Part shown: positions 20,398-31,559 of the stretch, piece after piece
How the letters are laid out: each line of letters starts with the position of its first letter
How positions within the stretch are numbered: the stretch's first letter is position 1
NCBI GenBank assembly: GCA_965203485.1
Contig: OZ241892.1
Coordinates: 1,888,001-1,952,000, forward strand
From: Longimicrobiales bacterium
Lineage (GTDB): Bacteria; Gemmatimonadota; Gemmatimonadetes; Longimicrobiales; Gaopeijiaceae
Reading direction: 5' to 3'
DNA length: 64,000 nt
The notes under the pieces: model-generated
Told to the model about the DNA's origin: nothing
Databases searched by the model: none
The model's input: only the letters and a program-made list of their open reading frames with translations
Position numbers and translations under genes: made by a program

Positions 20398-23379
20398 TCA
20401 GAACCTTGTCCGGAAGGACAAGAGGAAACGTCGCGGCTGCGGCAACGCCAGGAAGCTAGACGTTGCGAAGTCCCTTCCCCCCTGATACAGACCGTTGGGA
20501 TCCGTGCAGTTGCAATTGTCCCACCAGTGGAGGTTGTAGCCGGAGAGCGTCACCGTCGTGCGCTGAAGGCTGAGCACGCTCGTCATGGTTTCGGGCAGCG
20601 TGTACGAAATCGACACTTCCTGGAGGCGAATGTTGTCCCGAGAATCCACGGGATACGCCAAGCGATGCCGGTTCAGGACCGAGTCGCTGGCCGGAGTGTT
20701 CGATCCGTCGGGCGCCAAGTGCATCAGGTATTCGTCGTACGCCAGCTGGCGGACGCCGTATCCACGGTCCGAGTTGACGACCGACGAGCCCCACTCGCCG
20801 CGGAACTGCACCGAGACGTTCAGCGACTGCCCAATCGAGAAGTTGTTCGACAGGGACGCGGAATGCGTCGGCAGTCCCGCGTTGCCTTGGTAGAACGGAT
20901 ACGTCGAACGAATGTGCGTGCGCGTCTCCGGATCCCACCCGACCACTTGCGTGCGAATGATTTCAAGGATCGGGAATCCCTCCCAATAGCCTCCGAGGCG
21001 ATTGTGGTATGTCCACCCGGCTACTTCCGTGCCATTGTATATGGGCAGGGAGTCCGCGGTGGCTGTCGGGCCGAGGTCGAGAATCTCCTGATGCGTCCAC
21101 GAGAAGGTCGCGCCCGAGGACCACCGGAAGCTTCGCCTGTCGACGTTCGTCGAGTTGACGCCCAGCTCCACTCCGTGGTTAAGGATCTTGCCGACGTTGC
21201 GGAGCTGCGAGCCCGAGAAGCCCTGGCTCGGCGGCAACGGAATGCCGAGCAAGGCATTGGTCGTGGTGGCGTGGAAGTACGTGGCGTCGACGCCGATCCG
21301 GTCGTGCCACAAGCCGAGGTCCATGCCGGCCTCGTATTCCAGCTTGACCTCGGGCTCCAGAGCATCGTTGCCCGGGTTCGCAGGCCGGACGCCCGCTTCG
21401 TCGTCCAGAACCGTGCTGGGCTGGTAGGTCAGGAACTGGTCGTAGGCTCCCGGCGACTTTCCGGCCGTGCCCACCGCGGCGCGCAGCTTCGCGCTGCTGA
21501 TGAACGCGGGCAGGACGCTGGGGTCGAGGTTGTAGGCCACGTCGGCCTTCGGATACACCTGGAAGCCGTAGTTCTGGCCGAAGGCGCTGTTGCCGTCCAC
21601 GCGAACCGCGCCGGTGACGAAGAGATCCTCCGTGACGTCGAAGCGGTTTTGGACGAAGAAGCCCACGTTCACTTCCTCAGCTTCGGTCTCGGCGCCGAAG
21701 TTGCGCGCGGCCCCGCTGACGGTGGTTACGCCTTCGCCGGCGAAGTCCTTGCCGGTCGCCATCTGGAACGACTGGATCTGCCAGTATCCCTGCATCCCGA
21801 AGGCGAGCGTCCCGCCCAAGTCGCCGAGGACGGGCAACTCCCAGTCCAGGTTCGCCAAGTACTCGGCTGTGTAGCTTTCGTTGTGCCGGTAGCCGAGGTT
21901 CCGCTCGCCCAACCTGCCGATGTACGTGTAGTGGTGGCCGAAGGGCATTATCCGGCTCTTCTGGTCGGTGACGGCGTCCAGGCCGACCCTCGCCGTGTGC
22001 GTGAAGTTGGAACGCGGATTCCACTGAAGCGTGATGCCGCCGGTGTAGCGTCTGGCGTCCGAGAAGGTGGACAGCCTCTGGGCGTCCGCGACCGTCACGT
22101 CGAGGCCCCCGCCGTACGGTTCGTCAGCCGTGGTGTTGAGCGGATTGGCGAGCAGTGCGTTGGTGTAGATGCCCAGCCAGTTGTTGCCCGACTGCAACGA
22201 CCATATCCGGTTCCTGACGTAGCCCGAGACGATGCCGATGGTCAGGTTCTCCGCGGCCGTCCAGTTCAGGTTCACCCGCAAGTTGGCCTTCTTCTGGTCG
22301 TTGGGCTTGATCGACCCCTCTTCGTACGCGAAGCCGCCGGACACGAAGTAGGTAACGGCTTCCCCCCCCCCGTCCACGGTCATGTCGTACGAGTTGATGA
22401 GCCCGTTCTCGATGAGCGTCTCGTTGGGGTCCAGCGCCCGGGTGCCGTCCTTGCCCAAGAACCGGGGCCGCAACTTGGTCGGCCAGTTGGCGCGGTGCCG
22501 GTTGAGGCCGACGCTGGAGCTGAAGGTGAAGTTGGCCGGGCTGTTGTTGCGTCCGCGCTTGGTGAACACCTGGATCACTCCGCCCGACGCCTCCGATCCG
22601 TAGAGCGTGGCGGCCGCCGGCCCCTTCAGGACTTCGATGCGGTCGATCTCGTCCGGATTCAGGTCGGACAGGCGATCTTCGCCGGCTCCTCCGCTGAACG
22701 CGCAACAGGTCGTCGAGAAACCGGTCCCGGCAACCCCGCTGCCCCATTCGGAGCCCCGGCTGTCCACTCGAACCCCGTCGATGTAGATGACGGGCCGCTG
22801 GCTGAGCGAGAACGAGTCGTTGCCCCGGACGGTCAACGGCCTCGAAGAACCGACGCCGCCGACGGAGCCGACGGAGCGGACTCCGGCGATCTGCCCCTCC
22901 ATCAACTGGCTGAAGTCCGTGATGGGCACCCGGTTCTGCCGTTCCTCCGCGTCCAACGACCCGGCTGACGTGCCGAGCTTGCGACGCTCGACCGCGCCGG
23001 CGGTGCCCGTCACGATGACTTCGTCGAGCGCGACGGCCGAGATCGCCAACTCGAAGTCGAGCGCCGCGACCGCGCCGGCGGCGACGGTGACCTCCTGCGA
23101 GGCCGCGGCATAGCCGACATGGGCGGTCTGAACCGTGTAGGCGCCGGCGGGCACGCCCGGGATGAGGAAGCGGCCGTTGGCGTTGGAGAGCGTCCGCAAC
23201 TCCGTGTCCAGCAACCGAATCAGCGTGCCGTTGATCGGCAAACCCGTGGTCGCGTCCGTCACCGTCCCCGTGACCGAACCGCTCTGGGCGGCCGCTCCCG
23301 CCGGCAACAGGAGGGTCATCGCGACGGCGACGGGCCGCAACGGAACCCGCGGCAGAAGATGTTGTAGCGCTTGCTTCAT
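20398..23379 (-). CDS. SusC/RagA-family TonB-dependent receptor
   Basis: Signal peptide; carboxypeptidase-regulatory-like N-domain; LDEVIVTG; LNPDEIDRIEVLKGPAAATLYGSEASGGVIQVFTK plug; RVDGNSAFG; terminal Phe. Confidence 0.95.
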   Translation of the reverse strand: MKQALQHLLPRVPLRPVAVAMTLLLPAGAAAQSGSVTGTVTDATTGLPINGTLIRLLDTELRTLSNANGRFLIPGVPAGAYTVQTAHVGYAAASQEVTVAAGAVAALDFELAISAVALDEVIVTGTAGAVERRKLGTSAGSLDAEERQNRVPITDFSQLMEGQIAGVRSVGSVGGVGSSRPLTVRGNDSFSLSQRPVIYIDGVRVDSRGSEWGSGVAGTGFSTTCCAFSGGAGEDRLSDLNPDEIDRIEVLKGPAAATLYGSEASGGVIQVFTKRGRNNSPANFTFSSSVGLNRHRANWPTKLRPRFLGKDGTRALDPNETLIENGLINSYDMTVDGGGEAVTYFVSGGFAYEEGSIKPNDQKKANLRVNLNWTAAENLTIGIVSGYVRNRIWSLQSGNNWLGIYTNALLANPLNTTADEPYGGGLDVTVADAQRLSTFSDARRYTGGITLQWNPRSNFTHTARVGLDAVTDQKSRIMPFGHHYTYIGRLGERNLGYRHNESYTAEYLANLDWELPVLGDLGGTLAFGMQGYWQIQSFQMATGKDFAGEGVTTVSGAARNFGAETEAEEVNVGFFVQNRFDVTEDLFVTGAVRVDGNSAFGQNYGFQVYPKADVAYNLDPSVLPAFISSAKLRAAVGTAGKSPGAYDQFLTYQPSTVLDDEAGVRPANPGNDALEPEVKLEYEAGMDLGLWHDRIGVDATYFHATTTNALLGIPLPPSQGFSGSQLRNVGKILNHGVELGVNSTNVDRRSFRWSSGATFSWTHQEILDLGPTATADSLPIYNGTEVAGWTYHNRLGGYWEGFPILEIIRTQVVGWDPETRTHIRSTYPFYQGNAGLPTHSASLSNNFSIGQSLNVSVQFRGEWGSSVVNSDRGYGVRQLAYDEYLMHLAPDGSNTPASDSVLNRHRLAYPVDSRDNIRLQEVSISYTLPETMTSVLSLQRTTVTLSGYNLHWWDNCNCTDPNGLYQGGRDFATSSFLALPQPRRFLLSFRTRF

Positions 23380-23532
23380 GTCCTCTCCTCGTGGTGTTGA
23401 AGATCTTCCTCGGGCGAGCGCGCGTCCCTGGCGCAACCCCCCTCGCTACGAACCCAAACAGGTTACGGCGACGATGTCCGGTCGCGCAAGAGCGTGGGCG
23501 AGGCCGGGCTCCGGCTGGAGATCGAGCCGGAA

Positions 23533-24771
23533 CTAGAGCGACATCAGGAACCGGATCACTGCCCTGCGGCCGTCCGGAGGGAGGGCCGCGAAGGCGTCCC
23601 GGGCCGACGTCCCCTCGCCGGCGTGCGCCGCCACCGCTTCCGCGGGACTGCTCGCCCGCCCGTCGTGCAGCAACCGCGTGCGGTGGCGCAGGCCCCAAAG
23701 CGGCGCGGTGCGAAGCTCGCCCGGAGCCGCGTCGCTTCCGCACACGTCGGCGAGCGCCGGACCCATGTCGTGCAGGAGCATGTCCGAATACGGGAAGACC
23801 GCGCGCCCGGCCAAGGCGGCGGGCGCCGCGGCCGCGCCTGTCCGCAACTCCGGCCGGTGGCAAGAGGCGCAACCGATCTGGCGGAACAGGGCCGCACCGC
23901 GGGCGATGGTGTCGGCCGCTTGTCCGGAGCCGGGCGCCTCCGGAGCCGGCGGAGCCAGCAACCTTACGTAGTCCGCCAGCAGGCCCAGCGTTTCCCCGTC
24001 GATTTCGGGGTCGGGCATGGGATCGGCGGCGGCAGGCACGGGGACGCCGTTGCGGGGCTCCTCCGACGGGTGGCCGGGCGTCGTGAAGCCGAGTTCGAAG
24101 CGGAGGGCCGCGTCCACGAAGCCCTCGATGGCGGCGGCTTCGCCCTTGCGGCCGAAGCGGGCGGCGCGGCCCCTTGCCGGTCCACGGGCGACTCGCGGCA
24201 ACCGGCCCGAGATGCCGTCGGCGTCGGCGTCGTCCGGGTCCTCCCACTCTTGGAGAACGGAGTCGGGCACGGCTTCCAGCAATCCCAGCCCCAGCAGCGG
24301 CGGCGCGAGAACGAGGGACGTTGCGGTGGCGCTCTCGGGAACGACCTCCGGCGCCAGGCCAAGCTCCCGAGCCAGGTCGGTGACGCGGCGCTGCACGTTG
24401 TCGCCGCCTTGCGCTTCGAGCAGGTCGCACCGGCCGAGCGCGAACCGCGTCGCCTTGAGGACGGGAAGCCGGGCGCTGCCCCCGCCTACGACGGGCTCGT
24501 CGTGGCAGTCGCTGCACCGCTCGGCGTTGTAGAGAGGCCCCAGTCCCTCCTCGGCAGTCGCCAAGCGCTCGAAGAGGGCCCGGCCCAGGAGGAAGCGGCC
24601 GCGCTCGCGCGCCGTCAGGCCGGGGACGGGCTCGCCCGGGGCCGTGGGCGGCAGGGCGTTCGCCGGGTCGCCGTCCGCGTCGCACGTTGCCGGAAGAAGG
24701 ATTGCGAGGACGAGCACGCGCGACGCGGCGCGGCCGGCACGGTCTCGGGTCGCCGCCCCTCGCCGGCTCAC
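23533..24771 (-). CDS. Di-heme c oxidoreductase family (DUF1111-like) lipoprotein, copy 2
   Basis: GLGPLYNAERCSDCH and GCASCH heme motifs; DPDDADADGISGR, YSDMLLHDMG, RTAPLWG and LLHDGRA; GTG start overlaps the PPIase stop. Confidence 0.88.
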   Translation of the reverse strand: MSRRGAATRDRAGRAASRVLVLAILLPATCDADGDPANALPPTAPGEPVPGLTARERGRFLLGRALFERLATAEEGLGPLYNAERCSDCHDEPVVGGGSARLPVLKATRFALGRCDLLEAQGGDNVQRRVTDLARELGLAPEVVPESATATSLVLAPPLLGLGLLEAVPDSVLQEWEDPDDADADGISGRLPRVARGPARGRAARFGRKGEAAAIEGFVDAALRFELGFTTPGHPSEEPRNGVPVPAAADPMPDPEIDGETLGLLADYVRLLAPPAPEAPGSGQAADTIARGAALFRQIGCASCHRPELRTGAAAAPAALAGRAVFPYSDMLLHDMGPALADVCGSDAAPGELRTAPLWGLRHRTRLLHDGRASSPAEAVAAHAGEGTSARDAFAALPPDGRRAVIRFLMSL

Positions 24772-26258
24772 TTTCCCGCGTCCTCCAGCATGCGTCGCGC
24801 CTTGGCGATCGCGGCCTGGACGCCCCTCTCCCGGAGCTCAGCGCTCGCTCGCGCCATCAACCATGTCTCAAGCAGTGGAGACAGGGAGCGGCTCTGCCCA
24901 CGCCGGGCCACCAACGTCTCCATGTGGCGGGCGAGGGCGCCGCGCGCCGGGGCCGGCGGCGCGTCGAGCTCCAAGGCGCGGGTCCAGTACTCCATTTCGT
25001 CGGCGTGAGCGGCGGCCATGGCTTCTTCCAGGGCGGATTCCAGCGACACGCCCCTCGCGCGCAGATCCGCCAAGCGGAGTTCTCGGACAGCCAGCTCGCC
25101 GACCAAGTCCGCTTGCGCCCGGCCTTCGGCAGAGGCCAGCTCCGCCCGGGCCGCGGAGGACAGGAACAGGACGTAGCGCGCGACGACGCCCGCCACCAGG
25201 GTCCCGCCCTCCCATTCCACCATCGCCAGCTCCGAGTCGAGCCAATCAATGGGCCGGGCGGCGATCCGGGCCATCGCCTCCTCGGCTCCCCGGGCGACCG
25301 TCATCGCCCGTTCTTCCCGCGCCCGTTCGCCGGCCTCCGCGTCGGCGGCCGCCAGCCGCCGCTCCCGCAACCGGTCCGCGAAAAGGCGCCGCACCTCTTC
25401 CAACCGGGGACGGTAGAGGACGTGATAGCCGGCGCCGCTCTGGACCACCCCCGAGATCTGGCCCGGCTCCAGCCCGAAGGCGGCTCGGTCCAATCCGGAC
25501 GGCAACTCCCCCCTGGCCACGAGCCCAAGCAACCCGGAGGCGCCGCGGGAGTCCACGTCTTCGCTCTCGGCTACCGCGTCGGTCCACGATCCTCCGTCGA
25601 TCAGCGCCTGGACGATGCGCTCGGCCGTCCGTCGCTGCAGCACCTGCTCCGCGGACGAACTCGCGGAGCCCACTCGGCGCAGGACTTGCGCCACCAGCCG
25701 CAGCGAACCTTCGTGGAAGACGCTGTCCACGGCCGCCGGTCCGGAGAGCCTCGCTTGGGCTCCCAAACGCGCCTCGCGGTCGGCGGCAAGCAACGCCTCC
25801 CGCCGGTCCAGCCAAGAGGACGCCGCAAGAGCCTCGGACCCGAGAAGCGAGTCGCCGGCCGCAAAGCGCGCGGCCAGGGACGCCGCGCCTTGCCAGTGGC
25901 GAACCAGGGCCAGCGCCGGGGCCGAGTCCAGCGGGAACGGCTGCGCCAGAACCAGCAACTCGGCCAGCCGGTCCTCGGAAAGGGTCCAGTCCCCCGCCGT
26001 GGCCACCAGCCCGCGCCGCCCCAGCTCGTCGCACGCATGGATCGCGAGCAACGCGGCAACGAACGCCGTGGCCGCAACGCCAGGCCGGCGCGGCCGCCCA
26101 AGCCGCGAACCGCCCCCGACCGGCCGCCACGGCCTTGGCCGCAAGAATGAAGGTCGGCAAGCATGCGCATTCACGTGGGCTGCGTCGCGAACGGGCCGGC
26201 GCGCGGGCTTGCGCGTCGCGGCGCCGAGCGCGGTCCGCGTGGGACGCGACCGAACCAT
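24768..26258 (-). CDS. PpiC/parvulin-type peptidyl-prolyl isomerase lipoprotein (SurA/PrsA-like); start uncertain
   Basis: SEDVDSRGASGLLGLVARGEL...AAFGLEPGQISGVVQSGAGYHVL rotamase motif; AIHAC lipobox. Confidence 0.8.
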   Translation of the reverse strand: MVRSRPTRTALGAATRKPARRPVRDAAHVNAHACRPSFLRPRPWRPVGGGSRLGRPRRPGVAATAFVAALLAIHACDELGRRGLVATAGDWTLSEDRLAELLVLAQPFPLDSAPALALVRHWQGAASLAARFAAGDSLLGSEALAASSWLDRREALLAADREARLGAQARLSGPAAVDSVFHEGSLRLVAQVLRRVGSASSSAEQVLQRRTAERIVQALIDGGSWTDAVAESEDVDSRGASGLLGLVARGELPSGLDRAAFGLEPGQISGVVQSGAGYHVLYRPRLEEVRRLFADRLRERRLAAADAEAGERAREERAMTVARGAEEAMARIAARPIDWLDSELAMVEWEGGTLVAGVVARYVLFLSSAARAELASAEGRAQADLVGELAVRELRLADLRARGVSLESALEEAMAAAHADEMEYWTRALELDAPPAPARGALARHMETLVARRGQSRSLSPLLETWLMARASAELRERGVQAAIAKARRMLEDAGK

Positions 26259-26265
26259 GGCCGCT

Positions 26266-28460
26266 CTACCGCGACACCATGTACGTCGCCTTCACCACCA
26301 GCCGCCGTGTCATGCGCAGGTCCGGCGAAACGTCGTCGCGGCGAAGCTCGTCGTACGCCACGTAGACGTCGCTGCCCGCCGCGTACGTGTAGCGCAACCG
26401 GGCGCTCGCGCCCAACTGGCCGGTGAGCGAGTTGTACTGGGCGATCGAGCGCAGGGTCGTGGAGGGCGAGATCGCGAAGTCCAGCCGCAGCGACGCCAAG
26501 TCGACCTGAAACGCGCCGCCCGGAAGCGACACGTCGTTGCGCGAGTACCCGGCCTCGACGGAGAACTGGTCGGTCAGGCGCCCGCCCAAGCTGGCGCTCG
26601 CGTTGCTTCGCGTGCCGCCGAAGAACGTCTGCGGCTGGTAGGCCGCACCGTAGTAGACGCGCCGCGCCGGATTGCTGTCGAACGACACCCGCCACTGGCC
26701 GAAGTCGTAGTCGCCCGCCGGAATCTCCACGCCGTTCAAGACGAAGGGAACGGGGAGCCGCTCGAAGTAGTCGTTGTACCAGACGTTCAGATAAGCGCCG
26801 TTGTCGAAGCGCGTGCCGACCATGTAGTGCCAGCGCCGCGACAGGAGGCGCCCGTTCTGGTCGGTCGTGTTCGTCAGATTCACCATCGGCGACATGACGC
26901 GCACGCCCCAGCGGCCCGGCCTCGGGCTGCGCTCCAGGTGAAGCTTGGACACGCGGATGCCCGCCCGCGGCAGAAAGCCGACTTCGGGGTTGAAGTCGTC
27001 GCCGAAGCTGGCGAACTCGCCGTAGACTCGCCAACGGTCGTCCAGCCAGGTCGCGTTCAGGTAGCTGCCGGTCTCGCTCCGGGTCGCGCCGGGCGTCTGG
27101 GTGCGGGCCAGGAAGCCCGTGACGGCGAGCGCGGGGTGCGGAGCCAGCGCCACGTCGGCCGCGTAGGTGCGGTTGAAGCGCGGACCGCCCGTCTCCGCTC
27201 GATTCACGAAGAGGCCGCCCACGCGCGAGCGGGAGAAGACGCGGCGGCCGTAGCGGGCCACGAAGAAGTTCTCGCCCGGCCGGCCGCTCGCGTCGTCCGT
27301 CTGCACGTCCAGCAACGCCAAGTCGTGCCGGCCCAGCCTGCCCGTCAGGCGCGCCCCGCCGACGATGGGGACGGTCTCGCCCGTTTCGGAGATGCCGATC
27401 CGCCGCGTGAAGAACAGGTCCGCCAAGCGGTTGAACGGGGTGACGGAACCGACGTTGAACTGGCCGGCGTTTTCCAGGAAGAAGTCTCGCTTCTCGGGAA
27501 AGAAGAGCGGGAAGCGGGTGAGGTTGACCTGCTCGTCGTCCACCTCCGCTTGGGCGAAGTCGGTGTTCAGGGTGAGATCGAGGTTCACGCCGGGCGCGAT
27601 GCCGTACTTGACGTCGAGGCCGGCGTCGCGGTCGAAGGCGCCCTCGGTTCCGCCGCCGAGCGCCGACGCCTGGCTGGCGCCGCCCGTCACGAACGGCGTG
27701 ACTCGCAGGTCCAGTCCCCGGTTCAGCGATTCCAAGCCGCTCAGCGTCCCGGCCAAGCTCACGCGCGTGATGCCGTACGCCTTCGGCACCGGCGCCCAGA
27801 ACGACTGCTCGTTGATCGCCGCGACGTTGCGCATGACGTTGAAGCCCCAGTCCTGCGCGCCGGCGTCCGGAAAGCGCAGGGTCACCACGGGGATCGCGAT
27901 CTCGGCCGCCCATCCCTCGGGAACGATCGCCGCCGCCACGTGCCACACGCCGTCCCAGTCGCGGTTGATGTTGGACGTGGACAGGCCGAAGCGGCCGCCT
28001 TCCCCCTCGTTGAAGATTTGCTGGTCCAGCTTCGCCCCCAGCGGGTTGGTCGCGAACATGTACGCGGAGCGCGAGTCCTTGAAGGTGTCGAATACGATCT
28101 GGACGTTGTCCTCCTCGAGGATGCGCTCCGAGTCGCGCCGCATCTCCGTCGCCGTCGGAACGTTGGAATCGTAGGCCGTGATGCCCAGATAGATCGTCTC
28201 CGAGTCGTAGAGGACGCGCACCTCCGTGCGTTGCGTCGCCGGCTCCCCCTCGCGAGGCTCCTGTTGCACGAACGCGTCCATGCGGCCCGCGCGGCGCCAA
28301 GCTTCCTCGTCGAGCTTGGCGTCCAAGACCGGCGGAGAGTTCGCGAGCGCCGCGCCCGCTCGATACAGCCGCCAGCCTTCCTGCGGGGACTCGGCCGCCA
28401 GACCGGCCTCGCACGCGACGGACGCAAGAACGACGCTCGCCCAGAACCGGACCGCCCGCG
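26266..28460 (-). CDS. CBM9-like plus DUF5916-like outer-membrane protein; start codon not resolved
   Basis: PVLDAKLDEEAW, QQEPREGEPATQRTEV, WDGVW, LNTDFAQAEVDD and RFPLFFPEKRDFFLE motifs; beta-barrel-like C-terminus VVKATY. Confidence 0.8.
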
Positions 28461-28594
28461 ATCCGAGCCGCGCCAGCCGCTCGCGTTGCGTTCGCGCCGA
28501 CCTTTCCGCCGTCCCGGAATCCCCGTACCCTGTCCGTTCGCGGTTGCCTGTCCATCCCCCGCGCAAGCCCTGCCCGACCGGAGAAGTCGCCAAG

Positions 28595-30220
28595 ATGCCC
28601 GCCCCAGCGCTCCGTCGTTCCGCCCTCGCCCTAACGGCTCTCTGCACGTGCTTCGCCCCTCTCGCCGCGGCCCGCGGCCAGTCCATGTCCGCCGAAGACC
28701 TGGCGCCCCTGCTGGAACGAGTCGAGGCCGGCGTGAACGACCGCGCCAAGCTGGTCCAGGTCATGATCGACAAGATCTTCTCGTTCTCGGAACTCGGGCA
28801 ACAGGAAACCGAGACGTCGGCGTACGTCACCGGCGTCCTGGAAGAAAACGGATTCGAGGTGGACCGCGGCGCCGCGGGGATTCCGACGGCTTGGTTCGCG
28901 CGCTGGGGATCGGGCGCGCCGGTGATTTCGCTGGGCTCCGACATCGACGGCATTCCGAAGGCAAGCCAGAAGCCGGGAGTGGCCTACCACGATCCGCTGG
29001 TGCCGGGCGCGCCGGGGCATGGCGAAGGACACAACTCCGGCCAAGCCGTGAACGTGGTCGCCGCACTGGCGCTGAAGGACGTCATGGAGGCCGAAGGCTT
29101 CGGGGGGACGATCGTGCTGTGGCCGGGGGTGGCCGAGGAGCAGCTGGGCAGCAAGGCTTGGTTCGTGCGGGACGGGTACTTCGACGACGTGGACGTGACC
29201 ATCTTCACGCACGTCAGCAGCAACTTGTCCGTCGGCTGGGGCCAGGGCAACGGGACCGGCCTGGTGTCGGTCGAGTTCACGTTCGAGGGAGAGGCGGCCC
29301 ACGGGGCGGGCGCGCCGTGGCGGGGACGGAGCGCGCTGGACGCGGTGGAGCTCATGAACGTGGCTTGGAACTTCAAGCGCGAGCATCTACGGCCGGACCA
29401 GCGGTCGCACTACGTGATATCGGACGGCGGGGACCAGCCCAACGTGGTCCCGCCCAGCGCCTCCGTCTGGTACTTCATCCGCGAGATGGACTACGAGGAC
29501 ATACAGCGCAACTTCGAGACGGCGGTGCGGATCGCGGAAGGGGCCGCGCTCATGACCGACACCGAGATGTCGTACCGGATCATCGGCGCGGCGTGGCCCC
29601 GGCACTTCAACCGCGTGGTCGCCGAGACGATGCACGAGCACATACGGGAGGTCGGCCTGCCCGAGTGGACGGAGGACGACCACAGCTTCGCTCGGGCGGT
29701 GCAGCGGTCGGTGGGCGGCGAGGCCCGCGGCCTGCCGACGGAGCTGGCGCCTCTGGGGCAGCCCGGCGGCACGCGGCGCAGCGGGGGTTCCGACGACATC
29801 GGCGACATCTCGTGGACGATGCCCACCGTGACGCTCCGCTTCCCGTCCAACGTGCCGGGGTTGCCGGGCCACCACTGGTCCAGCGCCATGGCCATGGCGA
29901 CGCCGATCGCGCACAAGGGCGGAGTGGCGGGCGCTCGGGTCGTCGCACGCACGGCGCTTCAGCTGCTGGCCCAGCCGGAGCTGGTGGACCAAGCGTGGAC
30001 GTACTTCAACGACGTCCAGACCGCCGAGACGAGCTACACGCCGTTCATCGGCCCCGACGACCCTCCGCCGACCCATCTGAACAAGGAGATCATGGACCGG
30101 TATCGGCCGTTGCTCCGCCAGTACTACTACGACGAGACCCGGTTCGACACGTACTTGGAGCAACTGGGCATCGCATACCCGACGCTGGAGCGGCGCGCGC
30201 CGTCGCCGGAGCAGAGCTGA
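28595..30220 (+). CDS. Exported M20-family amidohydrolase (AbgB-like)
   Basis: Signal peptide; ELGQQE, GHGEGHN, GVAEE, GEAAH..PWRGRSALDA, GGDQPNVVP and GGSDDIGDISW motifs. Confidence 0.9.
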   Translation: MPAPALRRSALALTALCTCFAPLAAARGQSMSAEDLAPLLERVEAGVNDRAKLVQVMIDKIFSFSELGQQETETSAYVTGVLEENGFEVDRGAAGIPTAWFARWGSGAPVISLGSDIDGIPKASQKPGVAYHDPLVPGAPGHGEGHNSGQAVNVVAALALKDVMEAEGFGGTIVLWPGVAEEQLGSKAWFVRDGYFDDVDVTIFTHVSSNLSVGWGQGNGTGLVSVEFTFEGEAAHGAGAPWRGRSALDAVELMNVAWNFKREHLRPDQRSHYVISDGGDQPNVVPPSASVWYFIREMDYEDIQRNFETAVRIAEGAALMTDTEMSYRIIGAAWPRHFNRVVAETMHEHIREVGLPEWTEDDHSFARAVQRSVGGEARGLPTELAPLGQPGGTRRSGGSDDIGDISWTMPTVTLRFPSNVPGLPGHHWSSAMAMATPIAHKGGVAGARVVARTALQLLAQPELVDQAWTYFNDVQTAETSYTPFIGPDDPPPTHLNKEIMDRYRPLLRQYYYDETRFDTYLEQLGIAYPTLERRAPSPEQS

Positions 30221-30291
30221 CGAAGATGCACGACGACGACCCGCCGGGGGCCTTGGCGACGCAAGCGACCCTTTATGAGGAGGCGACCGCG

Positions 30292-31536
30292 ATGAAAACA
30301 ACATATCTCGTCGGTGCGGCCCGCTCGGCTTTCCTTGCGGGAGCGGCCTTCCTGGCGGCCGGTTGCGGAGATGCGCGCGACGCGGGAAGCTCCCCAGCCG
30401 ACGGCGGCTCGCTGGCGACGGTCGTGGACACCGCGGGCGCATGGGTTCGCGTCGCGAACTCCGGCGACCCGCCCGAGTGGAACTTGGTCTTGGTCGCGTC
30501 GATCGGCCCGGGAGCCGAAGCGGGCGAGGCGGCCCCAGGCGACTTCGGCGCCGCCGCTAGCGTCGCCTTCGGTCCCGGCGACCACGACGTGTACGTCGCC
30601 GACCGCATGAACTGCGAGATCAGGGTCTTCGGACTCGACGGGAGCCACCGCCGCACCTTCGGGCGATGCGGAGAGGGTCCGGGCGAGTTCACCCAATATC
30701 TGCACTCCATCGCGTGGGTCGGCGACAAGCTGCTGGCCTTCGACTTCGGCGGCAGCCGGATAGGCGAGCTGACGGGCGCCGGCGAGTGGCTGGGGCATCG
30801 CCGGGTTGCCGCCGCCGGGCGCGGCAACAGCTACACCGCCTTGTACCGCACGGGTCCCAACAAAGCGTACGCGCAGGCTCTCGCAACAAGCGGAACCGAG
30901 GTTGCCCAGCTGGGTTTGGTGTTGCTTGGGCACGACGCCGACGGCGCAACGGCCGACACGGTTTGGCCCCTTGACCCTCCTCCGGGGGCGAGCGTGATCT
31001 GCAGACGGGAGGACGAGGGTTCGATATTCGTCGATTTCTTCGAGAACCCCTATGCGCCGCGGCTCCTGCAACACCCGGGGCCCGGCGGCACGCTCTGGTC
31101 GGCCATGTCGAACGACTATCGAATCGTCGTCTCCCGGGGCGGCGACACGTTGCGGGCGATCGAGCGCGAGCTGGCTCCGGAGCCCATCGCCGACGAAGAG
31201 TGGGACGCGCTCTCGCGCCAGTTCGAGACTTGGCTGGAAGACAGGCCCGGGGCGTCGTGCGAGCCGCGAAGGCCGAGGAGGCCGCCTGCGCACCAACTCA
31301 TGGAACGCATCTTCCTCGACGCGGCAGGGCGCTTGTGGGTCGAAGTCGCGAGGACCGGCGGCCGGCGGTGGGAACTCTTCGACGCCGAGGGCAGGCTCCT
31401 GGCCCGCTTGCCGGCGGGCGACCGCAAGAAGCGCCTGATGCCCGCGTTCGGCGACCGCCACCTCGCGACGATCCGCGAGGACGGCCTGGGGCGCGACCAC
31501 GTGGACGTCTGGAGGATCGAGGAGCCGGCAAGGTAG
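30292..31536 (+). CDS. 6-bladed beta-propeller lipoprotein, paralog A
   Basis: GAGGAGG RBS; FLAAGC lipobox; VYVAD, FGRCGEGPGEF and DAAGRLWVE motifs. Confidence 0.85.
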   Translation: MKTTYLVGAARSAFLAGAAFLAAGCGDARDAGSSPADGGSLATVVDTAGAWVRVANSGDPPEWNLVLVASIGPGAEAGEAAPGDFGAAASVAFGPGDHDVYVADRMNCEIRVFGLDGSHRRTFGRCGEGPGEFTQYLHSIAWVGDKLLAFDFGGSRIGELTGAGEWLGHRRVAAAGRGNSYTALYRTGPNKAYAQALATSGTEVAQLGLVLLGHDADGATADTVWPLDPPPGASVICRREDEGSIFVDFFENPYAPRLLQHPGPGGTLWSAMSNDYRIVVSRGGDTLRAIERELAPEPIADEEWDALSRQFETWLEDRPGASCEPRRPRRPPAHQLMERIFLDAAGRLWVEVARTGGRRWELFDAEGRLLARLPAGDRKKRLMPAFGDRHLATIREDGLGRDHVDVWRIEEPAR

Positions 31537-31559
31537 GGCCTTCGCCCGCGGGAGCGCGC

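Noticed and set aside
25615..31536. 1973-aa ORF as one giant protein
   Set aside because: The first ~1560 codons are antisense or off-frame shadows of the PPIase, DUF5916-like and M20 genes. Only 30292-31536 has an RBS, a lipobox and a recognisable fold.
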